NCBI GenBank assembly: GCA_965195345.1
Contig: OZ239628.1
Location: 800,001 to 864,000, forward strand
DNA: 64,000 nt
Source: an uncultured Thiomicrospira sp.
GTDB lineage: Bacteria; Pseudomonadota; Gammaproteobacteria; CAKMZV01
Reading direction: 5' to 3'
Below are positions 22,541-32,132 of the stretch, in pieces. The notes beneath the pieces were generated by a model, which was not told the DNA's origin, did not search any database, and saw only the letters and a list, made by a program, of their open reading frames with translations. The position numbers and the translations under genes were made by a program. The number at the start of each line of letters is the position of its first letter. Position 1 is the stretch's first letter.

Positions 22541-22787
22541 ATACGTATATAGCTAAAAGGCAATTAGAGTTGCTTGATTAACCCACCATTATGTATTCAT
22601 CAGGAGAACAGGCGCACAACTTTTTTACTTAATGTTTCGCTGTAAATGTTATGAACTGTTTGCATGTTTTCTCATGCTTTAATTTATAATGATTAGGATT
22701 GCTGGATTGTAGACATACTGCTTTTATCAAACACATAAACTGTTGTGATAATTGTGATTTCATAGTTAAAATAAAATATAGGACTAA
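22541..22787 (+). repeat. Conserved intergenic unit of the array (related copies at 403-621, 8572-8821, 19325-19573, 27261-27508, 31973-32132, 35649-35856)
   Basis: Shared blocks tagctaaaaggcaattagagttgcttgatta, ttcatcagga, ttaa(c/t)gttt...taaatgttat and tttctcatgctttaatttataat occur between genes, with some copies partly deleted; absent at 16589-16852. Confidence 0.85.
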
Positions 22788-25700
22788 ATGAAAATGAACC
22801 ATTTAAAGTGCTGGGGATTTCTATTATCACTCGTTTTTTTATCTGCCTGTGGCGGTGGGGGTGGCGGCGATTCAACACCTCCGTCTACTAATACAGCACC
22901 AAGTTTAAGTCTCTCTGTCAATGCCCTAATGCTTGATGAAGATTTTGGCACTTTTGTCATCAATACCACTGCAACCGATGCAGAAGATGGGACACTGTCC
23001 GTAACTGTATCTGGACAGGCTGGTTTGCTAACCACTGATGTCACCACTGGTCGAATTACCCTAACTTCTATTGCCAATGCTAACGGCACAACTACACTTA
23101 CTGTACGTGCTACCGATAGCGGAAACCTCTCTGCTACCACCGAAGTAGTTGTCACCATTAACGCCATCAATGATGCCCCGACATTTACTCTTGCTACAAC
23201 AAACATTACTATCGTTGAAAATGCCACTGCTCGTCAAACGATTTCCATTCCCAATGTAGTCGATGTTGACGGAAACGCACTGACCTTTTCAGTCATTGCC
23301 TCCACTTCTTTATTTAGTACTAACCCAACACCTGTTGTGTCTTTTTCAGATACAAGGGTGATAATCTCCGATACACAACCTACAGCTCAACTCTATTACA
23401 GCCTACTGCCCGACGTCACAGGCTCTGGCTTCATTCAAATTGCTTTAACAGATGGCATAGAGACCCAACGTACGACCGTTACTGTTACTGTTACAGAAGT
23501 TAGAACTCCACCCCAAATTACCCAAGACTTTAGAACACATCGCTTCTTTGATGCGCGTGCAACGCGTGTAGGCGCTGTTGGAGGTGTCTTATTTGCAGCA
23601 CGAGGTGCATTTACTGGATCGACTGAAACAACCTCAACAGATGGTACGGGGAATTTTAGTAATCAATTAAACTTTGTCCGTTCCTTAGGAGGGAGTTTAG
23701 CCGAACTTTACACTGAGGAAACATACAACGCTTTATTGGGTTCTGTTTTGGTTTCCAATGGCACTGCAACAGCAGACTTTAATGATGATCGTTTTTGGCT
23801 TGGACTCACTGATACACCCAATGCTTTTGGCGCTTCTGTGTCAGATCAATCTTCCTCATTAGAGCGTTATTTTTGGTTGTCTGGTCAGCGGGTGTCACAA
23901 GGATTAGGTATTTCTCGTATAGAAGTTCCAGGAGTGTACATAGGCTGGGGGTCATCCGCCCCAACTGCAAGCAATGAGCCCTGTGCTAATTTGATTCTTG
24001 GTGCCGAAGTATCTGCAGGGCTCAGACCTTGGGCAAGTACTGGGTGCGATGGATCATCATCTGCTACTTTCAATGTGCTAAAAGCGTTGATGCAGTTCCC
24101 AAATGGCTTACCTACTACTTCTTCAATGATTGTTCAAGCGAGGCTCCCAATCACCCGTATTCGTTTAAGTGGTTATGATCTTGATGGTTCAGATAATACA
24201 TTGTCTTGGCAAGTTACCGATGCATCTGGTGGTGGTATCACTACTTCCACAGTCTATAGCAGTACTGGCGCACAAACCTTAGAGATTTCTTACACTCCTG
24301 TGAGCGGCTTTTCAGGCACTGCGACCCTTGTTGTAAGCTTAGATGATGGTGATAGTGCTACGCAAAATAGTACTGCCCGTGTATTGGTGGTTAATAACAC
24401 ACCAACTTTAATATTTTCCACCAATACTGTCAGCTTAGATGAAGACTTTACCAGATTCGTCATTAACACCACTGCAACCGATGCAGCAGGGATAATCGAC
24501 TTTAGTGTTAGCACAGGAAACGGTATTGTTTTTGTAACCACCTCTGCTAATGCGATTACACTGCAATCACTTTCGAATATAAATGGTGCTGTAACCTTAA
24601 CAGTCGTTGCGGATAGTGGTCTTTTGACAAATACACAGACGATTAGCGTTGTGGTTAATCCAGTTAATGACACTCCCACGCTGTCTTTATCTGTGACGCA
24701 AAGGGTGCTTGCTCAAAACTTTGGCACTTTCGTCATCAACACCACTGCAACCGATGTGGATTCAGGCCCATTGGGCTTTAGTGTCAGTACAGGTAATGGC
24801 ATTGTTAATGTAACAACCTCTGTCAATACGATTACTCTGCAATCACTCGCTAATGTCATAGGCGATGTTACGTTAACGGTTAGCGTAAGCGATGGACTAT
24901 TGACGACGACACAGTCCATTTTTATAACCGTTAGTAGACCGTTTACGTTTGAAGTATCGACAAACACTATCGTTTTAGATGAAGATTTTAATACCTTCAT
25001 TATTAACACCACTGCAACGGCTGCAGATGGGACTATATTACCTATTTCAGTGGTGCAGAGCAGCTCTAACCTACTTACATTCAGCACTATAACTGGGCGC
25101 ATTACCCTTTCATCTATTGCGAATGCTAATGGAGTAACAACCCTTACCGTGAGTGCAGCTAATCAAAATGGACTAACGAACACGACAGAAGTAGCCATTA
25201 CCGTTAATTCCGTTAATGATACTCCCACACTCAGTTTATCAAGTACAGACTTAACTTTCTCACCTAATGGAACCGGTTTTATAACTGCTTTTGGTGCGGA
25301 TGTGGAAACAAGCAGTGCCTCATTGATCTATTCTGTACAACAAAACCCATCTTTGTTACAGGTGAGTACACCAGGCAATGTCATCGTACTGAGAGCGGGT
25401 GATACTACAGGCTCGACCACTTTAGTGATCACCGTTACTGATGGCGGTGGTTCAAGCGCTTCAGCAACCGCTCGAGTTACTGTTTTATCAGGTGTTTTGA
25501 ATGCTTTGAATGTAAGTTTAAATGTTAAACGCATTAACTTTTCTTGGAACACACTTCCTACAGCAAATCATTACCGCATGCTTAGCAATGTTGATTTGAA
25601 TGCTGGTGGTGGTTTTGTTGATGCCAGTAGCGCAGGCTTGGTGTTTGTACCGAATAGTACGAATATTATCAATACTACAGTCTCTGCAACAGTGGATGTA

Positions 25701-27260
25701 GCAGGCTATCTTTCTACGGCTGATGGACCACAGTACCTGCTACAAGCTTGTAGTAGTGTTGACAATTCCGCTTGTTCTAATCTTGCACAACAATCTCTGA
25801 GCAATATTCAGTTAGAGGGATTGATTGGTTATTTCAAAGCTTCTAATACAGATGCAGATGATGAATTTGGTGAGGGTGTCGCAATAAGCGGTGATGGCAA
25901 CACATTAGTTGTCGGTGCACCATTTGAGGACAGCACCGCCACTGTCATCAACGGCGATGAATCAGACAATTCTAGAAGTGACTCTGGTGCAGCCTATGTT
26001 TTCGTGCGTAGTAGTACGGGCAGCTGGCGTCAACAAGCCTATATCAAAGCCTTTGATGCACAAGCCAATGGTCAGTCTAATTCAGCTGTACCAAGGAGCA
26101 ATGATCAGTTTGGTGCAGCTGTAACAATAAGCAATGACGGTAATACTATAGTTGTTGGTGCAGAATTTAAGGATGTTGCCGCTCCTGGCGGTTCCGTTCA
26201 GCCCAACACTGGTGCAGCCTATGTTTTCGTGCGCAGTAGTACCGGCAGCTGGCGTCAACAAGCTTTCATCAGCGCTTCTAATCTAAATGCCAATGATCGG
26301 TTTGGAAGAACTGTATCGGTCGCTGCTGATGGTAATACACTCGCTGTCGGTGCACCTTTAAAAAGCGTAAATGCTCTAACTTCTGTTGGTACAGCCTATG
26401 TTTTTGTACGCAGTAGTACAGATTCATCATGGAGTGAGCAAGCTTTATTTACACCACCTACTGTAATAATTAGTAGTAATTTTGGTTCTGCTGTATCGAT
26501 GAGTGGTGATGGTAATACCATGGTCGTTGGTGCAAGTGGTGACCGAAGTAATGGCATGGGTATCAACGCTGATGAAGTCCCTACTAGTACTCCTCTTTTT
26601 AATTCTGGTGCAGCCCATGTTTTTGTACGCAGTAGTACAGATAGTACATGGAGTCGGCAAGCTTATATTAGAGCCTCAAATCCAGGTAGTACTGATCTCT
26701 TTGGTGCAGCTGTATCGATGAGTGGTGATGGTAATACCATGGTCGTTGGTGCACATCAAGAAGACAGCAATGCCACGGGAATCGGCGGGGGGCAAGGAGA
26801 TGTTAGTAATCCTAATTCAAATTTTGGTGCAGCCTATGTTTTTGTGCGCAGTAGTACGGGCACATGGAGCCAACAAGAATATATCAAAGCCTCAAATACA
26901 GGATTTGGTGATGTGTTTGGTTTTGCTGTTTCAATGCGCAGTGATGGTAATGCGTTCGTTGTTGGTGCACCATTTGAGGACAGCAATGCCACGGGAATCA
27001 ACGGGGTCCAAGGAGGTGGTGCTACTGACGCTGGTGCAGTCTATCTTTTTGTACGCAGTGGTACGACATGGCGTCAACAAGCCTACATCAAAGCCTCAAA
27101 CACAGGAGCTGATGATGAGTTTGGTGACTCTGTTTCAATAAGCAGTGATGGTAAAACGCTTGCTGTCGGTGCACCCAATGAAGATAGCAATGCCACTGGT
27201 ATCAATGGTAATCAAACAGACGATAGTCAAGATGACGCTGGTGCAGTGTATTTGTATTAG
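22788..27260 (+). CDS. Lipoprotein adhesin, copy 5: cadherin-like repeats, one C-type-lectin-like domain, FN3-like neck, FG-GAP propeller
   Basis: Lipobox; CTLD-like segment at ~23650-24100; propeller from ~25827. Confidence 0.88.
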   Translation: MKMNHLKCWGFLLSLVFLSACGGGGGGDSTPPSTNTAPSLSLSVNALMLDEDFGTFVINTTATDAEDGTLSVTVSGQAGLLTTDVTTGRITLTSIANANGTTTLTVRATDSGNLSATTEVVVTINAINDAPTFTLATTNITIVENATARQTISIPNVVDVDGNALTFSVIASTSLFSTNPTPVVSFSDTRVIISDTQPTAQLYYSLLPDVTGSGFIQIALTDGIETQRTTVTVTVTEVRTPPQITQDFRTHRFFDARATRVGAVGGVLFAARGAFTGSTETTSTDGTGNFSNQLNFVRSLGGSLAELYTEETYNALLGSVLVSNGTATADFNDDRFWLGLTDTPNAFGASVSDQSSSLERYFWLSGQRVSQGLGISRIEVPGVYIGWGSSAPTASNEPCANLILGAEVSAGLRPWASTGCDGSSSATFNVLKALMQFPNGLPTTSSMIVQARLPITRIRLSGYDLDGSDNTLSWQVTDASGGGITTSTVYSSTGAQTLEISYTPVSGFSGTATLVVSLDDGDSATQNSTARVLVVNNTPTLIFSTNTVSLDEDFTRFVINTTATDAAGIIDFSVSTGNGIVFVTTSANAITLQSLSNINGAVTLTVVADSGLLTNTQTISVVVNPVNDTPTLSLSVTQRVLAQNFGTFVINTTATDVDSGPLGFSVSTGNGIVNVTTSVNTITLQSLANVIGDVTLTVSVSDGLLTTTQSIFITVSRPFTFEVSTNTIVLDEDFNTFIINTTATAADGTILPISVVQSSSNLLTFSTITGRITLSSIANANGVTTLTVSAANQNGLTNTTEVAITVNSVNDTPTLSLSSTDLTFSPNGTGFITAFGADVETSSASLIYSVQQNPSLLQVSTPGNVIVLRAGDTTGSTTLVITVTDGGGSSASATARVTVLSGVLNALNVSLNVKRINFSWNTLPTANHYRMLSNVDLNAGGGFVDASSAGLVFVPNSTNIINTTVSATVDVAGYLSTADGPQYLLQACSSVDNSACSNLAQQSLSNIQLEGLIGYFKASNTDADDEFGEGVAISGDGNTLVVGAPFEDSTATVINGDESDNSRSDSGAAYVFVRSSTGSWRQQAYIKAFDAQANGQSNSAVPRSNDQFGAAVTISNDGNTIVVGAEFKDVAAPGGSVQPNTGAAYVFVRSSTGSWRQQAFISASNLNANDRFGRTVSVAADGNTLAVGAPLKSVNALTSVGTAYVFVRSSTDSSWSEQALFTPPTVIISSNFGSAVSMSGDGNTMVVGASGDRSNGMGINADEVPTSTPLFNSGAAHVFVRSSTDSTWSRQAYIRASNPGSTDLFGAAVSMSGDGNTMVVGAHQEDSNATGIGGGQGDVSNPNSNFGAAYVFVRSSTGTWSQQEYIKASNTGFGDVFGFAVSMRSDGNAFVVGAPFEDSNATGINGVQGGGATDAGAVYLFVRSGTTWRQQAYIKASNTGADDEFGDSVSISSDGKTLAVGAPNEDSNATGINGNQTDDSQDDAGAVYLY

Positions 27261-27508
27261 AAGACGTATATAGCTAAAAGGCAATTAGAGTTGCTTGATT
27301 ACCCCACCATTATGTGTTCATCAGGAGAACAGGCACACAGCTTTTTTACTTAATGTTTCGCTGTAAATGTTATGAACTGTTTGCATGTTTTCTCATGCTT
27401 TAATTTATAATGATTAGGATTGCTGGATTGTAGACATACTGCTTTTATCAAACACATAAACTGTTGTGATAATTGTGATTTCATAGTTAAAATAAAATAT
27501 AGGACTAA

Positions 27509-30500
27509 ATGAAAATGAACCATTTAAAGTGCTGGGGATTTCTATTATCACTCGTTTTTTTATCTGCCTGTGGCGGTGGGGGTGGCGGCGATTCAACACC
27601 TCCGTCTACTAATACAGCACCAAGTTTAAGTCTCTCTGTCAATGCCCTAATGCTTGATGAAGATTTTGGCACTTTTGTCATCAATACCACTGCAACCGAT
27701 GCAGAAGATGGGACACTGTCCGTAACTGTATCTGGACAGGCTGGTTTGCTAACCACTGATGTCACCACTGGTCGAATTACCCTAACTTCCATTGCCAATG
27801 CTAACGGCACAGCTACACTTACTGTACGTGCTACCGATAGCGGAAACCTCTCTGCTACCACCGAAGTGGTTGTCACCATTAACGCCATCAATGATGCCCC
27901 GACATTTACTCTTGCTACAACAAACATTACTATCGTTGAAAATGCCACTGCTCGTCAAACGATTTCCATTCCCAATGTAGTCGATGTTGACGGAAACGCA
28001 CTGACCTTTTCAGTCATTGCCTCCACTTCTTTATTTAGTACTAACCCAACACCTGTTGTGTCTTTTTCAGATACAAGGGTGATAATCTCCGATACACAAC
28101 CTACAGCTCAACTCTATTACAGCCTACTGCCCGACGTCACAGGCTCTGGCTTCATTCAAATTGCTTTAACAGATGGCATAGAGACCCAACGTACGACCGT
28201 TACTGTTACTGTTACAGAAGTTAGAACTCCACCCCAAATTACCCAAGACTTTAGAACACATCGCTTCTTTGATGCGCGTGCAACGCGTGTAGGCGCTGTT
28301 GGAGGTGTCTTATTTGCAGCACGAGGTGCATTTACTGGATCGACTGAAACAACCTCAACAGATGGTACGGGGAATTTTAGTAATCAATTAAACTTTGTCC
28401 GTTCCTTAGGAGGGAGTTTAGCCGAACTTTACACTGAGGAAACATACAACGCTTTATTGGGTTCTGTTTTGGTTTCCAATGGCACTGCAACAGCAGACTT
28501 TAATGATGATCGTTTTTGGCTTGGACTCACTGATACACCCAATGCTTTTGGCGCTTCTGTGTCAGATCAATCTGCCTCAGTAGAGCGTTATTTTTGGTTG
28601 TCTGGTCAGCGGGTGTCACAAGGATTAGGTATTTCTCGTATAGAAGTTCCAGGAGTGTACATAGGCTGGGGGGCATCCGCCCCAACTGCAAGCAATCAGC
28701 CCTGTGCTAATTTGATTCTTGGTGCCGAAGTATCTGCAGGTCTCAGACCTTGGGCAAGTACTGGGTGCGATGGATCATCATCTGCTACTTTCAATGTGCT
28801 AAAAGCGTTGATGCAGTTCCCAAATGGCTTACCTACTACTTCTTCAATGATTGTTCAAGCGAGGCTCCCAATCACACGTATTCGTTTAAGTGGTTATGAT
28901 CTTGATGGTTCAGATAATACATTGTCTTGGCAAGTTACCGATGCATCTGGTGGTGGTATCACTACTTCCACAGTCTATAGCAGTACTGGCGCACAAACCT
29001 TAGAGATTTCTTACACTCCTGTGAGCGGCTTTTCAGGAACTGCGACCCTTGTTGTAAGCTTAGATGATGGTGATAGTGCTACGCAAAATAGTACTGCCCG
29101 TGTATTGGTGGTTAATAACACACCAACTTTAACACTCTCAACCAATGTTGTCAGCTTAGATGAAGACTTTACCAGCTTCGTCATTAACACCACTGCAACC
29201 GATGCAGCAGGGATAATCGACTTTAGTGTTAGCACAGGAAACGGTATTGTTTTTGTAACCACCTCTGCTAATGCGATTACACTGCAATCACTTTCGAATA
29301 TAAATGGTGCTGTAACCTTAACAGTCGTTGCGGATAGTGGTCTTTTGACAAATACACAGACGATTAGCGTTGTGGTTAATCCAGTTAACGACACTCCCAC
29401 GCTGTCTTTATCTGTGACGCAAAGGGTGCTTGCTCAAAACTTTGGCACTTTCGTCATCAACACCACTGCAACCGATGTGGATTCAGGCCCATTGGGCTTT
29501 AGTGTCAGTACAGGTAATGGCATTGTTAATGTAACAACCTCTGTCAATACGATTACTCTGCAATCACTCGCTAATGTCATAGGCGATGTGACGTTAACGG
29601 TTAGCGTAAGCGATGGACTATTGACGACGACACAGTCCATTTTTATAACCGTTAGTAGACCGTTTACGTTTGAAGTATCGACAAACACTATCGTTTTAGA
29701 TGAAGATTTTAATACCTTCATTATTAACACCACTGCAACGGCTGCAGATGGGACTATATTACCTATTTCAGTGGTGCAGAGCAGTTCTAACCTACTTACA
29801 TTCAGCACTATAACTGGGCGCATTACCCTTTCATCTATTGCGAATGCTAATGGAGTAACAACTCTTACCGTGAGTGCGGCTAATCAAAATGGACTAACGA
29901 ACACGACAGAAGTAGCGATTACCGTTAATTCCGTTAATGACACTCCCACACTCAGCTTATCAACTACAAACTTAACTTTCTCACCTAATGGAACCGGTTT
30001 TATAACTGCTTTTGGTGCGGATGTGGAAACAAGCAGTGCCTCATTGATCTATTCTGTACAACAAAATCCATCTTTGTTGCAGGTGAGTACACCAGGCAAT
30101 GTCATTGTACTGAGAGCGGATGATACTACAGGTTCGACAACTTTAGTGATAACCGTTACTGATGGCGGTGGTTCAAGCGCTTCAGCAACTGCTCGAGTTA
30201 CTGTTCTATCAGGTGTTTTGAATGCTTTGAGCGTAAGTTTAAATGTTAAACGCATTAACTTTTCTTGGAACACACTTCCTACAGCAAACCATTACCGTAT
30301 GCTTAGCAATGTCGATTTGAACGCTGGTGGTGGTTTTGTTGATGCCAGTAGCGCAGGTTTGGTGTTTATACCGAATAGCACGAATATTATCAATACTACA
30401 GTCTCTGCAACAGTGGATGTGGCACGCTATCTTTCTACGGCTGATGGACCACAGTATCTGCTGCAAGCTTGTAGTAGTGTGGACAATTTCGCTTGTTCTA

Positions 30501-31972
30501 ATCTTGCACAACAATCTCTGAGCAATATTCAGTTAGAGGGATTGATTGGTTACTTCAAAGCTTCTAATACGGAAATGGGAGATGAATTTGGTGAGGGTGT
30601 CGCAATAAGTGGTGATGGCAACACATTAGTTGTCGGTGCACCCGGAGAAGATAGCGACGCCACCGGCATCAACGGCGATGAATCAGACAATTCTAGAAGT
30701 AACTCTGGTGCAGCCTATGTTTTCGTGCGCAGTAGTACAGGCAGCTGGCGTCAACAAGCATACCTTAAAGCCTCTGATGCAGCAGATGATGATGGGTTTT
30801 CTTCAAGAGCTGTAACAATAAGCAATGACGGTAATACTATAGTTGTTGGTGCACCACGCAAGGATGTTGCCGCTCCTGGCGGTAGCCCCCAGGGCAACAC
30901 TGGTGCAGCCTATGTTTTCGTGCGCAGTAGTACCGGCAGCTGGCGTCAACAGGCTTTCATCAGCGCTTCTAATCTAAATGCCAATGATCAGTTTGGAACA
31001 GCTGTATCGGTTGCTGCTGATGGTAATACACTCGCTATCGGTGCGCCTTCAAAAACTGTACGTACTATAGATTCTATGGGTCAATCTGTGAGCAGAGCTA
31101 CTGCTGGTACAGCCTATGTTTTTGTACGCAGTAGTACAGATTCATCATGGAGTGAGCAAGCTATATTGACAGCACCTTTTGTAACGAGTTTTGCTTTTTT
31201 TGGTAATGCTGTATCGATGAGTGGTGATGGTAATACCATGGTCGTCGGTGCAGACGGTGACCAAAGTACTGGCACGGGTATCGGCAGTGATGAATCCACC
31301 ATTAATGATTTTGGTACCGGTGCTGCCCATGTTTTTGTACGTAGTAGTACGGGTAGATGGAGTCGGCAAGAATATTTTAAAGCCTCAAATGCAGAAGGTA
31401 CTGATCTCTTTGGTACAGCTGTATCGATGAGCGGTGATGGTAATACCATGGTCGTTGGTGCACCAGGGGAAGACAGCAATGCCACGGGTGTCGACGGGGA
31501 TCAAGCAAATAATGGTAGTGGTGTTAATTCAAATTCTGGTGCAGCCTATGTTTTTGTGCGCAGTAGTACGGGCACATGGACGCAAGAAGCCTATATCAAA
31601 GCCTCAAATACAGGAGATGGTGATGTGTTTGGTTCTGTTCTCTCAATGAGCAATGATGGTAATGCGTTCGTTGTTGGTGCACCAAATGAGGACAGCAATG
31701 CCACGGGAATCAACGGGGGGGAAGCAGGTGGTGCTAATAACGCTGGTGCAGTCTATCTTTTTGTGCGCAGTGGTACGACATGGCGTCAACAAGCCTATAC
31801 CAAAGCCTCAAACACAGGAGCTGATGATGCGTTTGGTGACTCTGTTTCAATAAGCAGTGATGGTAAAACGTTTGCTGTTGGCGCATCTGGCGAAAATGGC
31901 AGCGCCACTGGTATCAATGGCGATCAAACAGACGATAGTCAAGATAACGCTGGTGCAGTGTATTTGTATTAG
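27509..31972 (+). CDS. Lipoprotein adhesin, copy 6 (recent tandem duplicate of copy 5 with a diverged propeller)
   Basis: Starts 4721 bp after copy 5; first ~1000 aa nearly identical to copy 5; propeller loops differ. Confidence 0.88.
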   Translation: MKMNHLKCWGFLLSLVFLSACGGGGGGDSTPPSTNTAPSLSLSVNALMLDEDFGTFVINTTATDAEDGTLSVTVSGQAGLLTTDVTTGRITLTSIANANGTATLTVRATDSGNLSATTEVVVTINAINDAPTFTLATTNITIVENATARQTISIPNVVDVDGNALTFSVIASTSLFSTNPTPVVSFSDTRVIISDTQPTAQLYYSLLPDVTGSGFIQIALTDGIETQRTTVTVTVTEVRTPPQITQDFRTHRFFDARATRVGAVGGVLFAARGAFTGSTETTSTDGTGNFSNQLNFVRSLGGSLAELYTEETYNALLGSVLVSNGTATADFNDDRFWLGLTDTPNAFGASVSDQSASVERYFWLSGQRVSQGLGISRIEVPGVYIGWGASAPTASNQPCANLILGAEVSAGLRPWASTGCDGSSSATFNVLKALMQFPNGLPTTSSMIVQARLPITRIRLSGYDLDGSDNTLSWQVTDASGGGITTSTVYSSTGAQTLEISYTPVSGFSGTATLVVSLDDGDSATQNSTARVLVVNNTPTLTLSTNVVSLDEDFTSFVINTTATDAAGIIDFSVSTGNGIVFVTTSANAITLQSLSNINGAVTLTVVADSGLLTNTQTISVVVNPVNDTPTLSLSVTQRVLAQNFGTFVINTTATDVDSGPLGFSVSTGNGIVNVTTSVNTITLQSLANVIGDVTLTVSVSDGLLTTTQSIFITVSRPFTFEVSTNTIVLDEDFNTFIINTTATAADGTILPISVVQSSSNLLTFSTITGRITLSSIANANGVTTLTVSAANQNGLTNTTEVAITVNSVNDTPTLSLSTTNLTFSPNGTGFITAFGADVETSSASLIYSVQQNPSLLQVSTPGNVIVLRADDTTGSTTLVITVTDGGGSSASATARVTVLSGVLNALSVSLNVKRINFSWNTLPTANHYRMLSNVDLNAGGGFVDASSAGLVFIPNSTNIINTTVSATVDVARYLSTADGPQYLLQACSSVDNFACSNLAQQSLSNIQLEGLIGYFKASNTEMGDEFGEGVAISGDGNTLVVGAPGEDSDATGINGDESDNSRSNSGAAYVFVRSSTGSWRQQAYLKASDAADDDGFSSRAVTISNDGNTIVVGAPRKDVAAPGGSPQGNTGAAYVFVRSSTGSWRQQAFISASNLNANDQFGTAVSVAADGNTLAIGAPSKTVRTIDSMGQSVSRATAGTAYVFVRSSTDSSWSEQAILTAPFVTSFAFFGNAVSMSGDGNTMVVGADGDQSTGTGIGSDESTINDFGTGAAHVFVRSSTGRWSRQEYFKASNAEGTDLFGTAVSMSGDGNTMVVGAPGEDSNATGVDGDQANNGSGVNSNSGAAYVFVRSSTGTWTQEAYIKASNTGDGDVFGSVLSMSNDGNAFVVGAPNEDSNATGINGGEAGGANNAGAVYLFVRSGTTWRQQAYTKASNTGADDAFGDSVSISSDGKTFAVGASGENGSATGINGDQTDDSQDNAGAVYLY

Positions 31973-32132
31973 AATACGTATATAGCTAAAAGGCAATTAG
32001 AGTTGCTTGATTACTCCACCATTATGTATTCATCAGAAGAACAGGCGCACAACTTTTTTACTTAACGTTTATTGCTGTAAATGTTATAAACTGTTGTGGT
32101 AATTATGATTTCATAGTGAGAATATAAGGTTA

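Noticed and set aside
2350-28820. Diversity-generating retroelement acting on the lectin domains or on the FGE-domain gene
   Set aside because: No reverse transcriptase or non-coding template repeat is in the window. Differences between lectin copies are not adenine-specific (T/G, G/C changes and indels).
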